64,000 nucleotides of DNA from Enoplolaimus lenunculus (GCA_030248215.1 JASANG010002092.1:434001-498000); one strand, 5' to 3'; numbered from the stretch's first letter, positions 1 to 14,619 are shown. A program made the numbers and translations. The notes: generated from the letters alone by a model not told the origin.

Positions 1-608
1 TTATACAAATAATTTATGACCAGTGCGAACATATTTTTAAATGCATCAAGGATGTATACAAATTAATTCACACTATAACGATGGAGTTATATAAAAATGA
101 CAAAAGTTTTTACCCTAAAAATTGATTAAAACTTGTTTGTTCAAACATGTAATAAATGATCAGCAGGGTACAACCGGAGGTATGTCTTCGACTCCGAGAG
201 AAAATCGACCTCCGGCTCCGGTAGTATTATTGCCAGAGGTTGCGCCATTTCGGTAACAAAATTTTGCATATTTTGCAAAATTTATCTGTTTAGCGCGTTT
301 TGTTTTTGTCACAATTTTCAGGATAGAATTTCCAAAATTTCGCAGATTTGCGTTATAAAACCAAAAAAATTAACATATTGCAGATATTGGCTGAATTTAA
401 CGAAATAACCATAATTTTACCACCTAATTTCACCTCACCTCCGGCTCCAACAAATTCACTGAAAAAGAGTACTGATGAATTAACATCTAGCCTGCTCTAA
501 AAATACGCTACTAAATTTACTTCGATCAAAGAGATAGCAATGTTATAAAACAGGGTTCATGTTAACTTCGCTGACGTCCCAAAATCCCACCATCAAATCA
601 AAAGAATT

Positions 609-1110
609 TGAGGTATGGTGGAACGTGGAATTTTAGGATACAGGTGGCATGTTTGTGATTTCGGGATATAGTCCCAGATGGCATTTTGGGATATGGTCGA
701 ACGTGGGATTTCGGGATATGGCGGAAGGTATGATTTCGGGATATGGTCGAAGGTGTGATTTTGGGATATGGTCGATGTGGGATTTTAGGATATGGCTGAG
801 GTGGGATTTCGGAATATGGTCGAAGGTGAAATAATGGGATTAGTTTAGTGGTCGTAGGTGCAATTTTGGGATATTATCGAAGGTAGGATCTAGGGATATT
901 GTCAAAGGTAGGGTCTAGGGATATTGTCGAAGGTAGGATCTAGGGAAATTGTCGAAGGTGAAATTGTGGGATATGGTAGGTGGGATTTCGGGACATTGCT
1001 GAACTGGGAATTATGGGATTTCCTGTTTAAACCAAATCCTATTCCTAAAGCCTCAGCATAAGCCTATGCTATTTAGGGATATGGTCGAACGTGGAATTTA
1101 ATTTTGGGAT
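609..1110. repeat. Minisatellite of about 25 bp (consensus GGGATATGGTCGAAGGTGGGATTTY)
   Basis: More than 15 head-to-tail degenerate copies with no unique spacers. Confidence 0.9.
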
Positions 1111-1379
1111 TTCATGATTAAACCAAACACTATTCCTAAGGCCTCATGCTAAGCCATTTACGATCTAATTTATGCTTAAACCAAAGCCTGCTTTTAAGAC
1201 TACACCTAAGCCAACGCCTAAAGCTAAGCCGAACATTGAGTCCAAGGGTCATTTAAGATTTAATCCGTGTTTAAACCATAGCCTACTCTTAAAGGCTAAG
1301 CCTAAACCAAAACTGGCCCATGTATAGAACAGGTTCGGTACTGTGGTATACAAGGACCCCTAGGCTTAATCCTATTAAA

Positions 1380-1922
1380 TAGGGATGTGCCGATACCAAA
1401 ACTTTTGCCGATGCTGATACTGATTTTTATTTTGAAATTTTGCCGATGCCGATTTTAACTTTAGTACACCACGCCTAATAAAAGACAGGATACCACATTA
1501 CATAATTATATGAAGACTTAAACCCTAGCATCATAAACGATTCGACCAATGTTTCTTTACGGGGCGTAACAGTATATTAAGCGCATTCCTAAGCGTAAGC
1601 CTAAGCGTTGCAAAAACGAATTCCTAAGCCTAAGCAAAAAATGTAATCTAGAATCTAAACCTACTTTTTTGTAAACCCAACAGAAACCTGGACGCTTCTT
1701 AAAGTAACATGGGGCAACGATTCAATAAATGTTATCAAACACAAGCGCATAAGAGTACAGTTTTCATGACCAAACACCAGATATGCGCCCAGAAATGAAA
1801 CTAATGGCATGCCAACTGACTGTTATATGTGCAAAAAGTATCGGCAATTTTTTGCAGCGCCCATGCTCATACTCACGAAAACTGCCGATTATTACCGATG
1901 CCATTTAATCGGCACATCCCTA
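1380..1922. mobile_element. hAT-like MITE (TIR TAGGGATGTGCCGAT)
   Basis: TIRs at both ends; flanks ctattaaa/ctgttaac. Related copies at about 8691-9021, 13100-13389 and 26080-26424. Confidence 0.75.
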
Positions 1923-2834
1923 CTGTTAACACTAAGCTGCAGCCTAAGTCAAAGACTAAGCTTATTAGGCTGACACCTCTAAAGCCTGTACCTAATTTTA
2001 CGCCAGATATTACGCGTAAACACCTAATTCTAAACCTAAGGCGGAGTCTTACCTAATCCTAAACCTAAGCCCAAGGAATTGCTTGCAATGAATTCTATTG
2101 GAATTGCAAAATCGCACCACAAACTAAGCTATCAATTTTTTAGCTGGGACGGTGGAATTTTGGGACGGTAGTAAAGTTTATGTACATGGGCCTAAAGCAG
2201 CATAAAATTTTCGTATACCAGTAACAAAATATTGCCACAACTGGCGCTCCTGATGGCTGGCATCAATACCGGAGTCTCAGTTTCTAAAGCTGAGACTTTT
2301 CAAAAACTGAGATTGAAACTACGAGTCTCGAGAATTTTCAAAACTTGAGCCTCCCATCCCAGATGGACAGAATTAAGTTTGCAATGTCAATCTAAAAGCA
2401 AGTTACGGCTGGTTTTCAATTAGCGACCTTAGAATTTCGAGCAAGCGCTTTACCACAGCACCACGTAGACCGCAGCTTCAACTGCCTTTCTTCATTTATA
2501 TGTGTTGAGCACACTATACAATGTATACTGGATTATGCATATACGTCAGGACAAGCATGTCTCATATGCTTGCACGTCATAATCGCAGTTGTGGTTGTAC
2601 GCGGTGATAATCGACATTGACTTTTGTTTGCTGGCGATCACACACGTTTACTTTGGCTGATGCTGTCGCGTTTGTGACAAGCCTGCTAGCACTACAAATG
2701 GCATTTGTGCGCGATTGCGTCCAAGAAACGACCAATCGCAATCAAGTGCGGTTAGGAACGTGATCACGGTCGGACTTAATTCTGTCCATGACTGCGCCAA
2801 ACATATTTCCAAGCAAACGATAATTATTTTAATG

Positions 2835-5800
2835 TCATTTTCTTTTTCCTCCGCGCTTTTTTGTCCCATTTGCTTCATTCGGATTTCTTTTGGTTTTACC
2901 CGATTTATTTGCTATCCCAAGAACAGAATATCTAAAAAGCAGGCAACCTACAAGTAATCTCAATATGGTAAAGACAAAACTGAGGAAAAATATAAGGCAT
3001 GATCATATTATTTTTAAGCTTATTGTGATAATCAGTATTTAACTAAACATTGCTAATTCGTCACAATGAGGTTAGTAACCAGCGAAACAAACTTCGACCT
3101 GAGGTTCAGGTTCCTGTTTATCGGGCAGGTTCCTGTTTCCTGCTTACAAACCGGAACCGGAACTTTTATTTCTGCCGCTGTTGCAACCTATGTAGTTCCG
3201 CAAAAGAACAAGTTGTATTTGGTAGGTACTTCTGTTGTTACAACAGTAGGCCATAAATGGCAAGGTTTTTGTTTCTCTTTAATTGACGTTAATAAAATTT
3301 AGGAATGAGAGCCTTTTTACATCATATAAAAGTGACTCCAATCTGTAAAAGAAGCGTTAAGGAAATTTTCGTGACGTTTCGGTTCCAGCTGCTTTGCCAG
3401 TTATGAAGTTCCTATTCTGGTTTGCAAGTATGTTCCAGTCGAGCACTTTAGCGAGCAATATAGTTTATCAACTAACCAAGCAGAAATACAACGATGTAGC
3501 GTCTAAAATTTAGTTTAAAAGACCTTTTCCCTCGATAAAAAATTAATCATACTAATGCATCACACACGTTATGTTCTGCGCAGATGCAAAAAATTGTCCA
3601 CTCTTCAATACTTGGGTACAAAACTGCACTGTAACTTCAGGTTAGGTACCGTGCAGAAAGTGTGCTTCATCAGTACACCTTATCCTGCGTTTCTAGAAAG
3701 GATGCCGGGACAGTAGCCACACTTTTTTAGAAAGTAGAGAATTCAAAATAAAATAAACGTTTACAACATGTTAAAATAAATATTACACTTTTGAAGTTCC
3801 TTCCGAGGGACTATATAAAAAACCAACGCTCCACCTACTGTGAGTGTTGTGACGAATCAAAATGTCATTTTCGGGAGTTTTGTTTGTGTTCGTGGTACTC
3901 AAATGATACCAGGACACATCAAACATCGCGCTAGCAAAGTGGGTATTAACAGAGGTGTGTATCGGAAAAGGGGAAACAATTTTTACATCTGCATAAACAT
4001 TAGAATGTGGATGGCCCATAACATGCTTAGCCGGCATTTAAGTCAGAAAAAGAACAAGATTTATTATAAACTTTCTACAGTCATTTTTATACCGTCATAT
4101 TAGCTGAAATATTGACTACAGTATAAAAAAGGATTTACAGAACTCCAATTTCATAGGCAGTAAAAACAACCAACTAACCTGCTATTAAGATCATGAACCG
4201 AAAACGGCGAGTCTCGAGCGATATAATCCTGATCGAACACAGACACTTTGTGCTGTCCACGACGAGACTGGAATTGTTTCGGCTGCCTTTCATCTTCACA
4301 CAAAATTGGATTCACAGAATGTTTCCCGCCTTTGGGTGCGGGAAGTGAATACTGAAGCAATAGCATTATCAAGAGTTTATAAAATAAAATGTAGACAAGA
4401 GTGAGCAATGTTTAAATTTAGCGAATACACAAAGTCCACCGCGGTCTGCGTGTTGGACCGACACCCACATTTGACGGGCATCTGTTACCTGGAGCATAAA
4501 ACAATTATAATTTTTTATTTGCATTTACACTAAAGGTAGTACTCGATGGAAACGTCAAAGTTTACTCCGTCCATTAATGGGGTAGTCAAAAAACGCAACA
4601 CGCGCTGGGTATGTCCAGTTACACACATTACAAATCACTAACGCAATGTGGTATCAAGCGGGCCGTATTTTGTCATACCCCACCCAGACTGAGGCAGCGG
4701 TATAGCTGTAGTCTTAAACAACACTATTACAAGTAGAGAGCGTCGCTGATTTGATATTGATGTTGTTTTATGTTTTAATCTACTTCTAGATAGTATTTAG
4801 TAGTATTTCCTCCTCAATCAAAAGGGTACAGCTACTTTAAGACAACATGATGCTACACTGCTTAATGTACGAATACAGAAGTGTCATACTCTCCATCCAG
4901 AGTGCAACCGGATTCATAATTTACCGGAATCGGAATTTGAAAAAATTAGCTTAAACGGGACCAGAAAATGAAAAATACATGCCACGGAGAAGTTCAGTTT
5001 AATTTTCTTTTTGCAATATTATTGGTGAAATAAGATTAGTTTTAGATAGGTATTCACTTTGTTTGCTGTATTTTAGAATTTCACAATACACGGAAGGCCA
5101 ATCTACCGTCGACGGTATATTTTCGACGATCATGACGGTTTATATACTATACGAAGGAAATCTATTTAATTTTGATCGCCATTTTTAGTAAAATATCTTA
5201 AATTCCATCGACCAAAATTTAGAACCGAAATTTTTAATTCCGGTAAAAATTTACCGAAACCGGAAGGTGAAAAAGTGTCGGAAACGGCCGGAACCGGAAT
5301 TCCGGTTGCACACTGTCTCCACCATAAATTCTTGGTAATATCAAGAGTCGACGATGCGTCTTAGACAAGAGTGCAGCAGCCAGCACGCGTTGTGTTTTTC
5401 CGACCCCCATTTTCGAGGACTGCAGAGCTAGAAGTTGATAGTTTTGAATGTTTACTTCACTAGTCTGTTTAATATAATCATCATAAAATTTACGAATATT
5501 TGACGCGCATTTTTATTGAATTTCCAAGAACAACTTCGTATATTTGACCTGGTTACGCATCATTTGTAACCCCTGTATGAGGGTGACCAAAAACACAACG
5601 CTCGCTGGGTCCATTCTTTCCGACATCGAATGTAACCAGTTGTATACTCTTGCCTACAAGAGTACACAACGACTAGTTCAGCTAATGAAAATACGTAAAA
5701 TAGGCTAATAAAGAAGCTCATTTTCACAGCATTATAGCGGTATATATTTGGTTCAGCAGCATCAGCGAACGAAACAAGCTGTTGCGGAAACTACGACAAA

Positions 5801-8800
5801 ATTTTATGTGATGTTTTGCTACGTACTTTTAATCCACGAGCATTTGGTGTGCGATTCTTGGAATAATGGTAGCAAACGTTTCCATTACCAGGGTCCACTG
5901 TAACTGCGATTTTGTCAAGCGTAGGATTGCCACATTTCGGACAAAATTTCTTTGTCATAACTTTTGTACTTCTGCAATGTTACTGTAAAGCGTAAAACAG
6001 AAGAAAATCGAAATGTTATAGCTGTAGCGCGACTTTGCATTCATTCGTTGCAGCACGAACGAAACGAAGTGACGCGGGTGCGCGCGCGAGACCTGTTTTG
6101 CTGCGCAATTATATGAAGATCGAGTGTAGGAACAATTGAGTGTGAAACGAGTGCCATAGCAAGAGTTCTGCACGACGGCACTGCGTGAGTTCATGAGTTG
6201 TTCGCGTTCACGGGAAGGCAAATCAGAAAGGCTACGTCATTTAGGACGGCCCCAAAGGAGTTAGCAGCAAAATAAAAAGCAAATGCTTAAAAATTATATA
6301 TATAAATCGGATAATGTAGCAAAACCAGTCTGCTCCGGCAGTGAAACACGCAGGAACCGGAATTTTCATACTTTGTGACAACTTGAGAAGAATAAATTGA
6401 AAATTTAACTTGGAAAACTGGCTGAATGCAAAACACTCGATAAGAACAACAACATATTTTATGTTGAACTATATATAGTTAGCAGTATTTCGGTCGTGCA
6501 ATAGATTCGCAATTCCTGTTATAGTTCCTGTTTCGGCGAAAACAAGAAATCTGCAGTTACCCGTATATCATGCGTTAATACATACATACGTATACCAGGG
6601 ATAAACCAGATATCCAGTTCCGATTTAATATTTTTCAAATAACAGGTATCCGTCTCCAGTTGCGATATAACACACAAATTTACCTACCGGAAGGTTTCCA
6701 TTAGGAACTGGATTTCACAGGTAGCAGTTTCAACTGGGGCGCCATTTCCAAACTTTGAGTCGGAAAGAATTTTTCTCACCAACAAGATGTTTTATGCAAA
6801 AATGCCCGTAAACTGCAATGATTGATTGTACGTATATAATGCTAAACGCAGTTTACAGGATACAGATTACATTGCGCTGGAAAGTTATCCAACGAAGTGT
6901 GTTTGACACGGAAAAAGCATTGTTTCAAGATCAAAAATGTTACATGGAAGGAATCTCGATTGGGGGTGGCAGAATTAAGGAAAACCGAGTTGGAAGGCTT
7001 TCGCTGAAATCTCGAGAATAAGAACCACGGCATTTTATGTATTGGAATGCGATCAACCAGTGGGACGCAGTGAACGCATACACAAATATAATTACTTAAA
7101 ACAGCCATGACACCGGAGTATATACGTTTTCAGGCGTTTAATCAGCAATCCATTTATTGAAATCACGTTTAAGCGCATGTGGAGTAACAGATTCTGAAAC
7201 AAATATAGTAACAGATTCTGAAACAAATATATGTTCCTGCATTATTATAAAGACAATAATCTGCTGCCAAGCTATCAAAAGTAGTGGGTTAATTTGTTTT
7301 ATATACGCTATATACTACAAAACTCAACGCCCCCGTTTTCTTTAAAAATTTGGAACTAAATTCAGCTATTCTTCACATCGACAACAAAGTAATGAAATAT
7401 GATACGTCTACTTTTGCACAAACAGAAAATTGCAAAGTCGATTATAATGACATCGTGGCTATGCAATATTTTAATGAACTATACGCATAATGTAGACATA
7501 ATGAACTACATGCACGGTGTAGCCATTGCGCACCTGAATAGCAAAATCCGTTGAAATACATGCAACTTCAATCTGCTCGTTCACTGATGTACCGTCGCCG
7601 CCCATCTTTCGAACGTTTTCAATTAGGTTCTCTTTTGTTATCCACCCTCCATTATCTGGCTCGTCTCCAGCTAACACTTCCTCATCTGTGTCACTCTCAC
7701 CAATTTCAGCGCCGTCATCAGACACATCGTAGTTTTCTGTTTCAGAAGGCCTTTCGGTCATGACAGGTTGAGTACAATTGTATTTATCGTCGGACCCAGT
7801 AGCGACAATACCAGTGCCATTGTTTACCGGGCGTGTTGCATCGCAGTGTTGCTTACTTTGCTCTGGATTATCTCAACATTTCTCAGGGTGTATATGGACA
7901 GTTAGGGATCGACCGGATCCGAGATCCGGATCCGCGCCGGATCTCTGCAATTTTTAAAATCCGGATCCGGTAAAATAAACTACCGGATCTCCGGATCCGA
8001 AATTTGATATACAAACAAAAACATACCAAAATTGGTGTATGTATTTCAACTATGCGTTCGTAATCTAATAAGCACTGTGTGAGCATTAATGTTTTGTTGG
8101 AATGTCAGGTTATGTTGCGGAAGAAGAATAAACATAAAAATTTCAAAGACTTCTTTTTTAGTTGCTGCAAGTTTTGTTGACTAATCTTGCGAAAGAATCA
8201 GTTGAACTTTTTCTATTTTATATACGTTAGGTATTGAAAAAAATATCCAGCTAGTAAGATCCGGTTCCGGATCTGAATTTTAAGATACGGATCCGGATTC
8301 GGATCCGGTAAATGCAAAATTTTGGATCCGGTCGTTCCCTATGGACAGTAAATATAACGGAAAAGGAAAACAAATATCGAAGTATATAAATTTAAAAAAA
8401 TGTGTTTTGTTTTTCTCAACACAATTGAGGCATGGAAATATTCACCCGATTTTCTGATATTTTAAAGAAGAAATGGATGACACGCAATTTTTAAGATTTC
8501 AGATAAATTTCGTTCTTTTTATTTCATTTCAAACAACTGTAGCATGTTATTTGTAACGAAATTTGATCGATTCAGACGTGATTTAGAACTAATTTTGAGC
8601 ATAAAAACATGGTATTCCGTGATATTTTTGTATTCATTATGTTTCCTAAACTATTTTTCATATATCACTGTTTGCATATCAGGCAAAAGTTAGGGATGTG
8701 CCGATACCAAAATTTTGGCCGATGCCGATACCGATGAAGATTTTTATTTAGTAATTTTGCCGATGCCGATTCCAACTTTAGTACACCATGCTTTAATAAA

Positions 8801-11800
8801 CACATAGAATACTACATTACTTCATTATAGTAAGACTTACACCCTAACCGTCATCAACGATTATAATTATATAAGAACGGTTGTTTCAATTAATTTTTTC
8901 AAACACAAACGCAAAAGAGATCACAGTTTTCCTGACCAGACACAATGATGTGTGCTCAGATATAAGATTGATACCATTCCAACTGACTAACGAAATGTGC
9001 CGATTAATCGGCGCATCACTATCAAAAATCAGCCAAAAATTTCAATAATCCTAAGTTCCGGAGTTAAGCGGAAGTCACTTAAACCACATAAAAAGTCTGC
9101 GTAATAGCTTCATCCTTTGCAAGGTATCGCAAACAAGAGCAGTGCGCTATCATGTACCTGCATGAAATTCCAGTTCGAACCTTTTAGGCGAATGACAGAC
9201 CTGAGAGTCGTTCACATCGAAACTAGTAATAGTCGCTTCAAGGCAATCAGGTGCAGCCGCATTTGGTTTTTGTGGCATCTGTTTAGACAGCTAAAATAAT
9301 CTAGTATTAAAAATTTTCTTGTTGTAAACGTCCCATTCTGTAGTTATAAACAACATCGATACTTAATTACGAAATATCTAGTTAATCACAATACTTAACT
9401 GGATTCTATTTTTGCTACTATGTTCAAAACAGGTGCTGCTGCTTCGTAAAGCTATATCCTACGCTACAAGCCGAACCTCCAGAATATTGATTCAAAATGC
9501 AAATTTTAAATAGAACAACATGCTAAAGAACTGTGCGTACATTTGGAAAATAAAATCCGGCCATCTGACTTGGCTGAATGTAGTAATTGGCAGACGAAGT
9601 CGTTTCCTAAAAACTACCATTTTCATAAAGCGATGTAATAATAAGATATAACAGATTAAGCATAGGCAAACAGCATGTTTAACAGGTAGCATATATTTGA
9701 ATTTCGTTACAAGCAAAACTTGCAGGAATGAACAGTAATTTGAAATCTTTTTCTAAAACCGATAATTTGCCAGCGGCGATACAGTGCTTTTTATCTGCGA
9801 TGTAAGAGGATGGTGCATAAATTAGCGTAATCGACTTTTCGCGTCTTTCACACAACCCGTTTATAAAACGCAAACCTTTGAAGATAACCTTTTTGAGTAA
9901 GAATGAATGAAATTTGAAATTGAAATTTTGATATGAATTTTTCTGTGAGTCATACGTCATCCTTCGTAGGTTAATATTCGTATGCTATATTTAAATTATT
10001 ATTATTATTATTAGCAACTACGGCAGGTTGGTTCCGTAAAGAAGGCCACAAAAACCGGTTCTTCAAAAGCTAAAATCTTATAAGTGAAGGCTAATAGTAC
10101 TAGACGCTGGTTTCACTTCTTCAAGGTACTGTTTTCAATTTCATATACGTACGTACAGACCGAATCCAAGCTTTAAATACCTGCGAGAGTTACATACTCC
10201 GTAGACGGAAACTGCGAAGTATATGTATATTGAATACAAAAATACAGCTATTGGTTTGACGGGGGACAGGGGTGGGCTGGGCGGCCTCGGTTAAAAATGA
10301 GACTAACGAGACTGGCCATGAAAAGTCTCGGTCTCGGACAATTTTTTATCATCACCGAAAAAAATTAAAATATTAATTCTAACGGGTTTTTCGTAGTTTG
10401 TTGTGTTTTTCATAGTTTTGCTTCAAAATATCTGCTTATAATTATTGAAAATTATGAAAATTCACAGATTCACAACCAAATTTTACTCATCAGACATTAC
10501 TTACTTCAACAATACAGCGATACATTTGATGCGACCTCGACTTCTGGTCTCGGTTCCAAAGCACTCATCTCAAAAAACCGAGACTGAGACCTGCCAAATA
10601 CCGAGACTCCCATCAATGATGGGGAGGGGCCGAAGTGGAAAAACGGGATACTCTGAGAATTTGAAAAGTACGGTTAGTAAACCGGGTTGAAAAGTGAGCA
10701 CGGTGAGAGCTAATAAGAGTGGTGGATCCAGAAATTTGAGGTGGGAAACGATACTTTTTTGTTTCCAAATTTTACAGTTTAAAGTGCGTTTTAGCAATTA
10801 ACCATTTGCTTCGCACAATTTTCAACGCGACAGGATAGGATGGGACGCACCCCCTTGGTTTCTTCACTGGCTACAACTGCAAATTTTCTATATACGCGAA
10901 GACTAAAAAGCTGATTTATGACTAGCCCCATTCTCTTTCATGAACGCGAAGACTAAAAGCTAACCTATGGCTAGCCCCATAAAGTATTTGGCCCTGGAGG
11001 TTTAGCTTCTAGATTACATTTTTTGCTTAGACTTAGGAACACTTTCTGCAACGCTTAGGCTTAGGCTAGGCTAGCCCCATTTAATCTCTTTCAGCAGTAA
11101 GGTAGACTTAAAATGCTTCAAAAATTTCTATCTTTATCAAAATTTTGAAAATCGAACGGTGCAAAAAATTTGCCCTAGTTCAAAGTCAAAACCAATGTTT
11201 GCAAATTGTAAGATATGTAACTTGACAGTTTTGTGTGTTGTTTGTGTGTTAATTTGCGTTATGTGCGTTTGTATTGTGTTTGTGTATGTATTGTGTGGGC
11301 TATAGCACATTTTGCGGCATCGTTGACAAAATTATTGTGAACGGCGCATTACACAGTAGAGCTGTCCCGAACGGTTAATCCCTCTGAAACCTGGACCTCA
11401 GTCCAGCCCCGGCCCCTTGGCCTAGAATCCGGTAAGAATTCGGTCTCCAAACTAGCTTAGTACTTATATTACCAGTATACATTATGTAGTAATCACAAAC
11501 TTTAATTTGTGGATCAAAACACAAACGATCGGTGCCGTTCACTTCGCGTTCTAATTCAAACACAAGAGCTGCTAATTTCAAATCGTTTGCTGACAAACTC
11601 GCGTAATCACCTGTCTTTTTTGAAACTTCGGTTACTACAGATATAAATAAATTACCAACAATGTAACCTATGATAGCAAAATACTATAAAAAGCAATATT
11701 AAAATAGCAGTAATACGTACGATTTCCATAACTGAACCGTAAAGTTAAAAAATGCTGGAACCAGAAAAAATACTTGTTGACCAAAAATTCATTTTAAAGC

Positions 11801-13697
11801 TATTTTATCGGTTTTAATGAGGCAATAGTTTGAATTAAATCTTGAAGACACGCTGGAAGCATTAATCCCAATCGGGGCTTGGAAACGCATCATACATTAT
11901 GCAGTGACACAAATTGAAATTTACTTACAGATATTTATTACCGGAACCGGATAGTGAAAAATATGTACCGAATTTTCCTAGACTGAACCGGAATTCCAAT
12001 TGCACTCTGGTCCATATGGCAAAACAAAATCTACACTATTAAACACAAACTTTTTACACACGCCATGCAATATGGTTAAGTAAAAATCTAATTTAGGACA
12101 AATCTCAATTGGAAACTAGAGTGTTAAAGTTACTTCAGCAGCAAAACTTCAGATATGTAGCCGCATGATTTGCAGAACATCATCCCAAGGTTTTCGTAAA
12201 ATACAGTAACTTACCAACATTTATCGATTCTCGAGATGGTTCTCTCAAATGTATTTCGTAAGGCACTAGCAGAAGACGTTCTCGGGCTGGTTTATCTCTA
12301 ATCTCTGCTAATACTTCTGGTACAGTAATTATGTTTGCTCCGATCTTCTATAACATAATTAAATAAAGGACTCGTAATTTTGTACAGGAATGAAAATCAA
12401 CTCGAACTAGAATTTTCCTTGTTTTCACGGTGGGGAAAAGGATCTTCCCTGTTAAACTTCTTGTTTTTCGCCACCTACCATATGATGAAACACAGTAGTA
12501 AAAACCTTCAAATAAGCGAAAAGGAGCATAAGCTTACCAGCATGGAACACCGCAGTTGTATTGTACGAGCTAATAGTTCTAAGCGTTGGTGCAAGTGCTA
12601 CATGTAAGTCAAAACGAAAGTTAACAGAAAAACAAGTATTCAACTTTTTGATAAGTCTGAAATAAAAATTATTCTATTGGAATGGTGTTCATTTTCGTTG
12701 GGCCTACTGGCTATTTCCCCTGTTTTCAATGAGAGCAAGAACCGTAATTTCGCCATAAATACGATTATGAGCAGGCACATGAATATATATTCTCGACTAA
12801 GCAGGACAGGCTACAGCAAAAAATCGACATCGGGCTTATTAGGGTTTATTTTGGAAATTTTAATTTTTTTTCTGTGATGATCAAACACTGACCGAGACCG
12901 AGACTTTTCTTGGCCGTTCTCGGTGTCGATTTTTAACCGTGACCCATCCCTGTCTACTACGACTGGTTATATATAGCGTAATACATATAGTACATAATGC
13001 TAAATTCGAGCGACTAAATTTATCTTTTCGTTCACTTAAAAATCCTTCTAGGTCAACTATCGCTGTTGGATATTGAAGTATTCGACTACGGCTCTCCGGT
13101 ATTTTTGGTAGGATGTGCTGTTTGTTTTTCAGCGCATATCAGCATGTCTGGTTAGGAAAACTGTTACCTCTTTCATTTGTGTTTGAAAAATTAATTCAAA
13201 TGAACCGTTCTTATAAGATTATAATCGTTTATGATGTTAGGGATTACGTGTTCATATAATGATGTAATGTAGTGTATATCCTATTTCTTTATTAATCATG
13301 GTGTTATAAATTTGGAATCGGTATCGGCATCCGCAAAATTTCAAAATAGAATCGGCATCGGCAAAATTTTGGTATAGGCACATCCCCAATTTTTGTCAAA
13401 TGTGGAACCCTCCAGTTGCCTTATTTTCCAAAACGTTTTTGTATAAATAGAACACTTGTACACGTAATAATGTAAGATATATTTCAAAAACCAGTTCTTT
13501 GGCAAAATCAAAAATTAGTTGTACGTAGTTAACAAACGCCCAAATCATGAAACGCTCCGGTTTTGCTTCGCTTAATCAGACATGATAATGTATCTATCAA
13601 ATGAAGAAATAACGTATTATACCTGCAGCGCTGAATGATTTATAAATGCAGATGCGTCAAACACCAAATTTGCGACCAATGGTTTATTAACTGTCAT
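2835..13697 (-). CDS. NOB1: RNA-binding protein NOB1 (18S rRNA site-D endonuclease; PIN domain + Zn ribbon), 10 exons, about 460 aa
   Basis: Exons (minus): 13623-13697, 12215-12347, 11501-11634, 9541-9606, 9158-9290, 7534-7862, 7096-7193, 5827-5971, 4179-4351, 2835-2931; all GT-AG and phase-consistent (1383 nt). Motifs: LVFDASAFI, TVPEVLAEIRD, SKKTGDYASLSANDL, GGWIT, ACISTDFAIQN, ILRCHGCFK...FCPKCGN, YSLPAPKGGK, RNPNE. The exon 5/6 junction has an alternative phase-0 solution. Confidence 0.95.
4578..5410. mobile_element. MITE with GGGG-type imperfect TIRs, interrupted by a nested MITE
   Basis: Left end tggggtagtcaaaaaacgcaacacgcgctgg; right-end reverse complement tgggggtcggaaaaacacaacgcgtgctgg. 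Similar ends occur at about 5578 and 24100-24136. Confidence 0.55.
4898..5315. mobile_element. hAT-like MITE (TIR CAGRGTGCAACCGGA)
   Basis: TIRs present; TSD tctccatc/tctccacc. Family copies at 13949-14210 and 42530-42865 (TSD gtagaaaa/gtaaaaaa), with fragments at about 11935-12010 and 45665-45735. Confidence 0.8.
7903..8341. mobile_element. hAT-like MITE with GGATCC-rich subtermini
   Basis: 18-bp TIR TAGGGAWCGACCGGATCC (1 mismatch); perfect 8-bp TSD tggacagt. Confidence 0.9.
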
Positions 13698-13948
13698 TAC
13701 TAAACGTTACAGTGATTGTACAGAAATAAATTCTTCTCAAAAAAATAAGTTGCATATTCCTTTCCAGGATGTAAATAGGCGTAGTGAAGCTAATTGTAAA
13801 CACCTGTAGCAACATTTAATAATTGCTGGGATCTCCAGCAAAACTGTTTTGCTTCAGATAGCTATATAAATTAGAGATGTCCCGGGAGCAAGATTATAAA
13901 TTGGAATGTGAACTGAAAATTTTTTCCCATATCACAAAATTTTCAATT

Positions 13949-14210
13949 CAGGGTGCAACCGGAGTTACAACTTACCGGAACCGGAATTCAAAAAAATTAA
14001 CGGAAACGGAACCGGATAATGAAAATCACATACCACCGAAAAAATCATTTTATTTTTCATTTTCGCAATCTGATTGATAAGATAACTTTAGTTGGAGATA
14101 GGTAATCACCTTATCTGCTGTTTTTGTTACCGGAATTTTTCATTCCGTTACAAATTTATGTTACCGGAAAATTAAAAAAATGCCGGAACCGGAATTCCGG
14201 TTGCACCCTG
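13949..14210. mobile_element. hAT-like MITE (CAGGGTGCAACCGGA family)
   Basis: 15-bp TIRs; internal similarity to 4898-5315; no clear TSD. Confidence 0.75.
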
Positions 14211-14619
14211 TATATGTTATTAAAAATATTTTTTCTGCTGCTGCTGCTCTGTCACACTTTTGTGCAGTTTAATTTTTACACAACATAGTCATTTACAGGC
14301 TTGAACTGACAACAGTAAGGCAGAAACGTTACACCGACATTAGGAAAAACTCAAGGGCTTATAAAATCTAGAGCCTCTCATACTGATTTTGGGAAAAACC
14401 CTCACACTAGGCACAGACTCTGCACTACAGCTGGCATCGTGTATGCCACAAAACAGTAAAATTTTTCAGAACAACACTATACTAGCTAAGATTTTAAGCG
14501 CGGAAGTTTTTTAGGAAAAGAACTAAAGCGAAAAAGAAAAAGAAACAGAAGAAAAAAGCAAGAAGCAGAATAAGAAGAATCAGAATAAAAAGAAGAAAAA
14601 GAAGAAGAAGAAGAAGAAC

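Larger units (their letters stand above)
553..2192. mobile_element. Composite non-autonomous DNA transposon with imperfect TIRs, internal minisatellite and GCCTAA tracts
   Basis: Left end ggttcatgttaacttcgctgacgtcccaaaatcccaccatc matches the reverse complement of the right end (ggcccatgtacataaactttactaccgtcccaaaattccaccgtc). Confidence 0.6.

Noticed and set aside
609..1110. CRISPR-like array, and ORF 649-834
   Set aside because: The units are contiguous with no unique spacers, the context is eukaryotic with no cas genes, and the ORF is just a translation of the minisatellite.
3637..3672. Intronic C/D snoRNA in NOB1 (TGATGA...CTGA, minus strand)
   Set aside because: The boxes span only about 36 nt, with no convincing terminal stem or recognisable rRNA guide.
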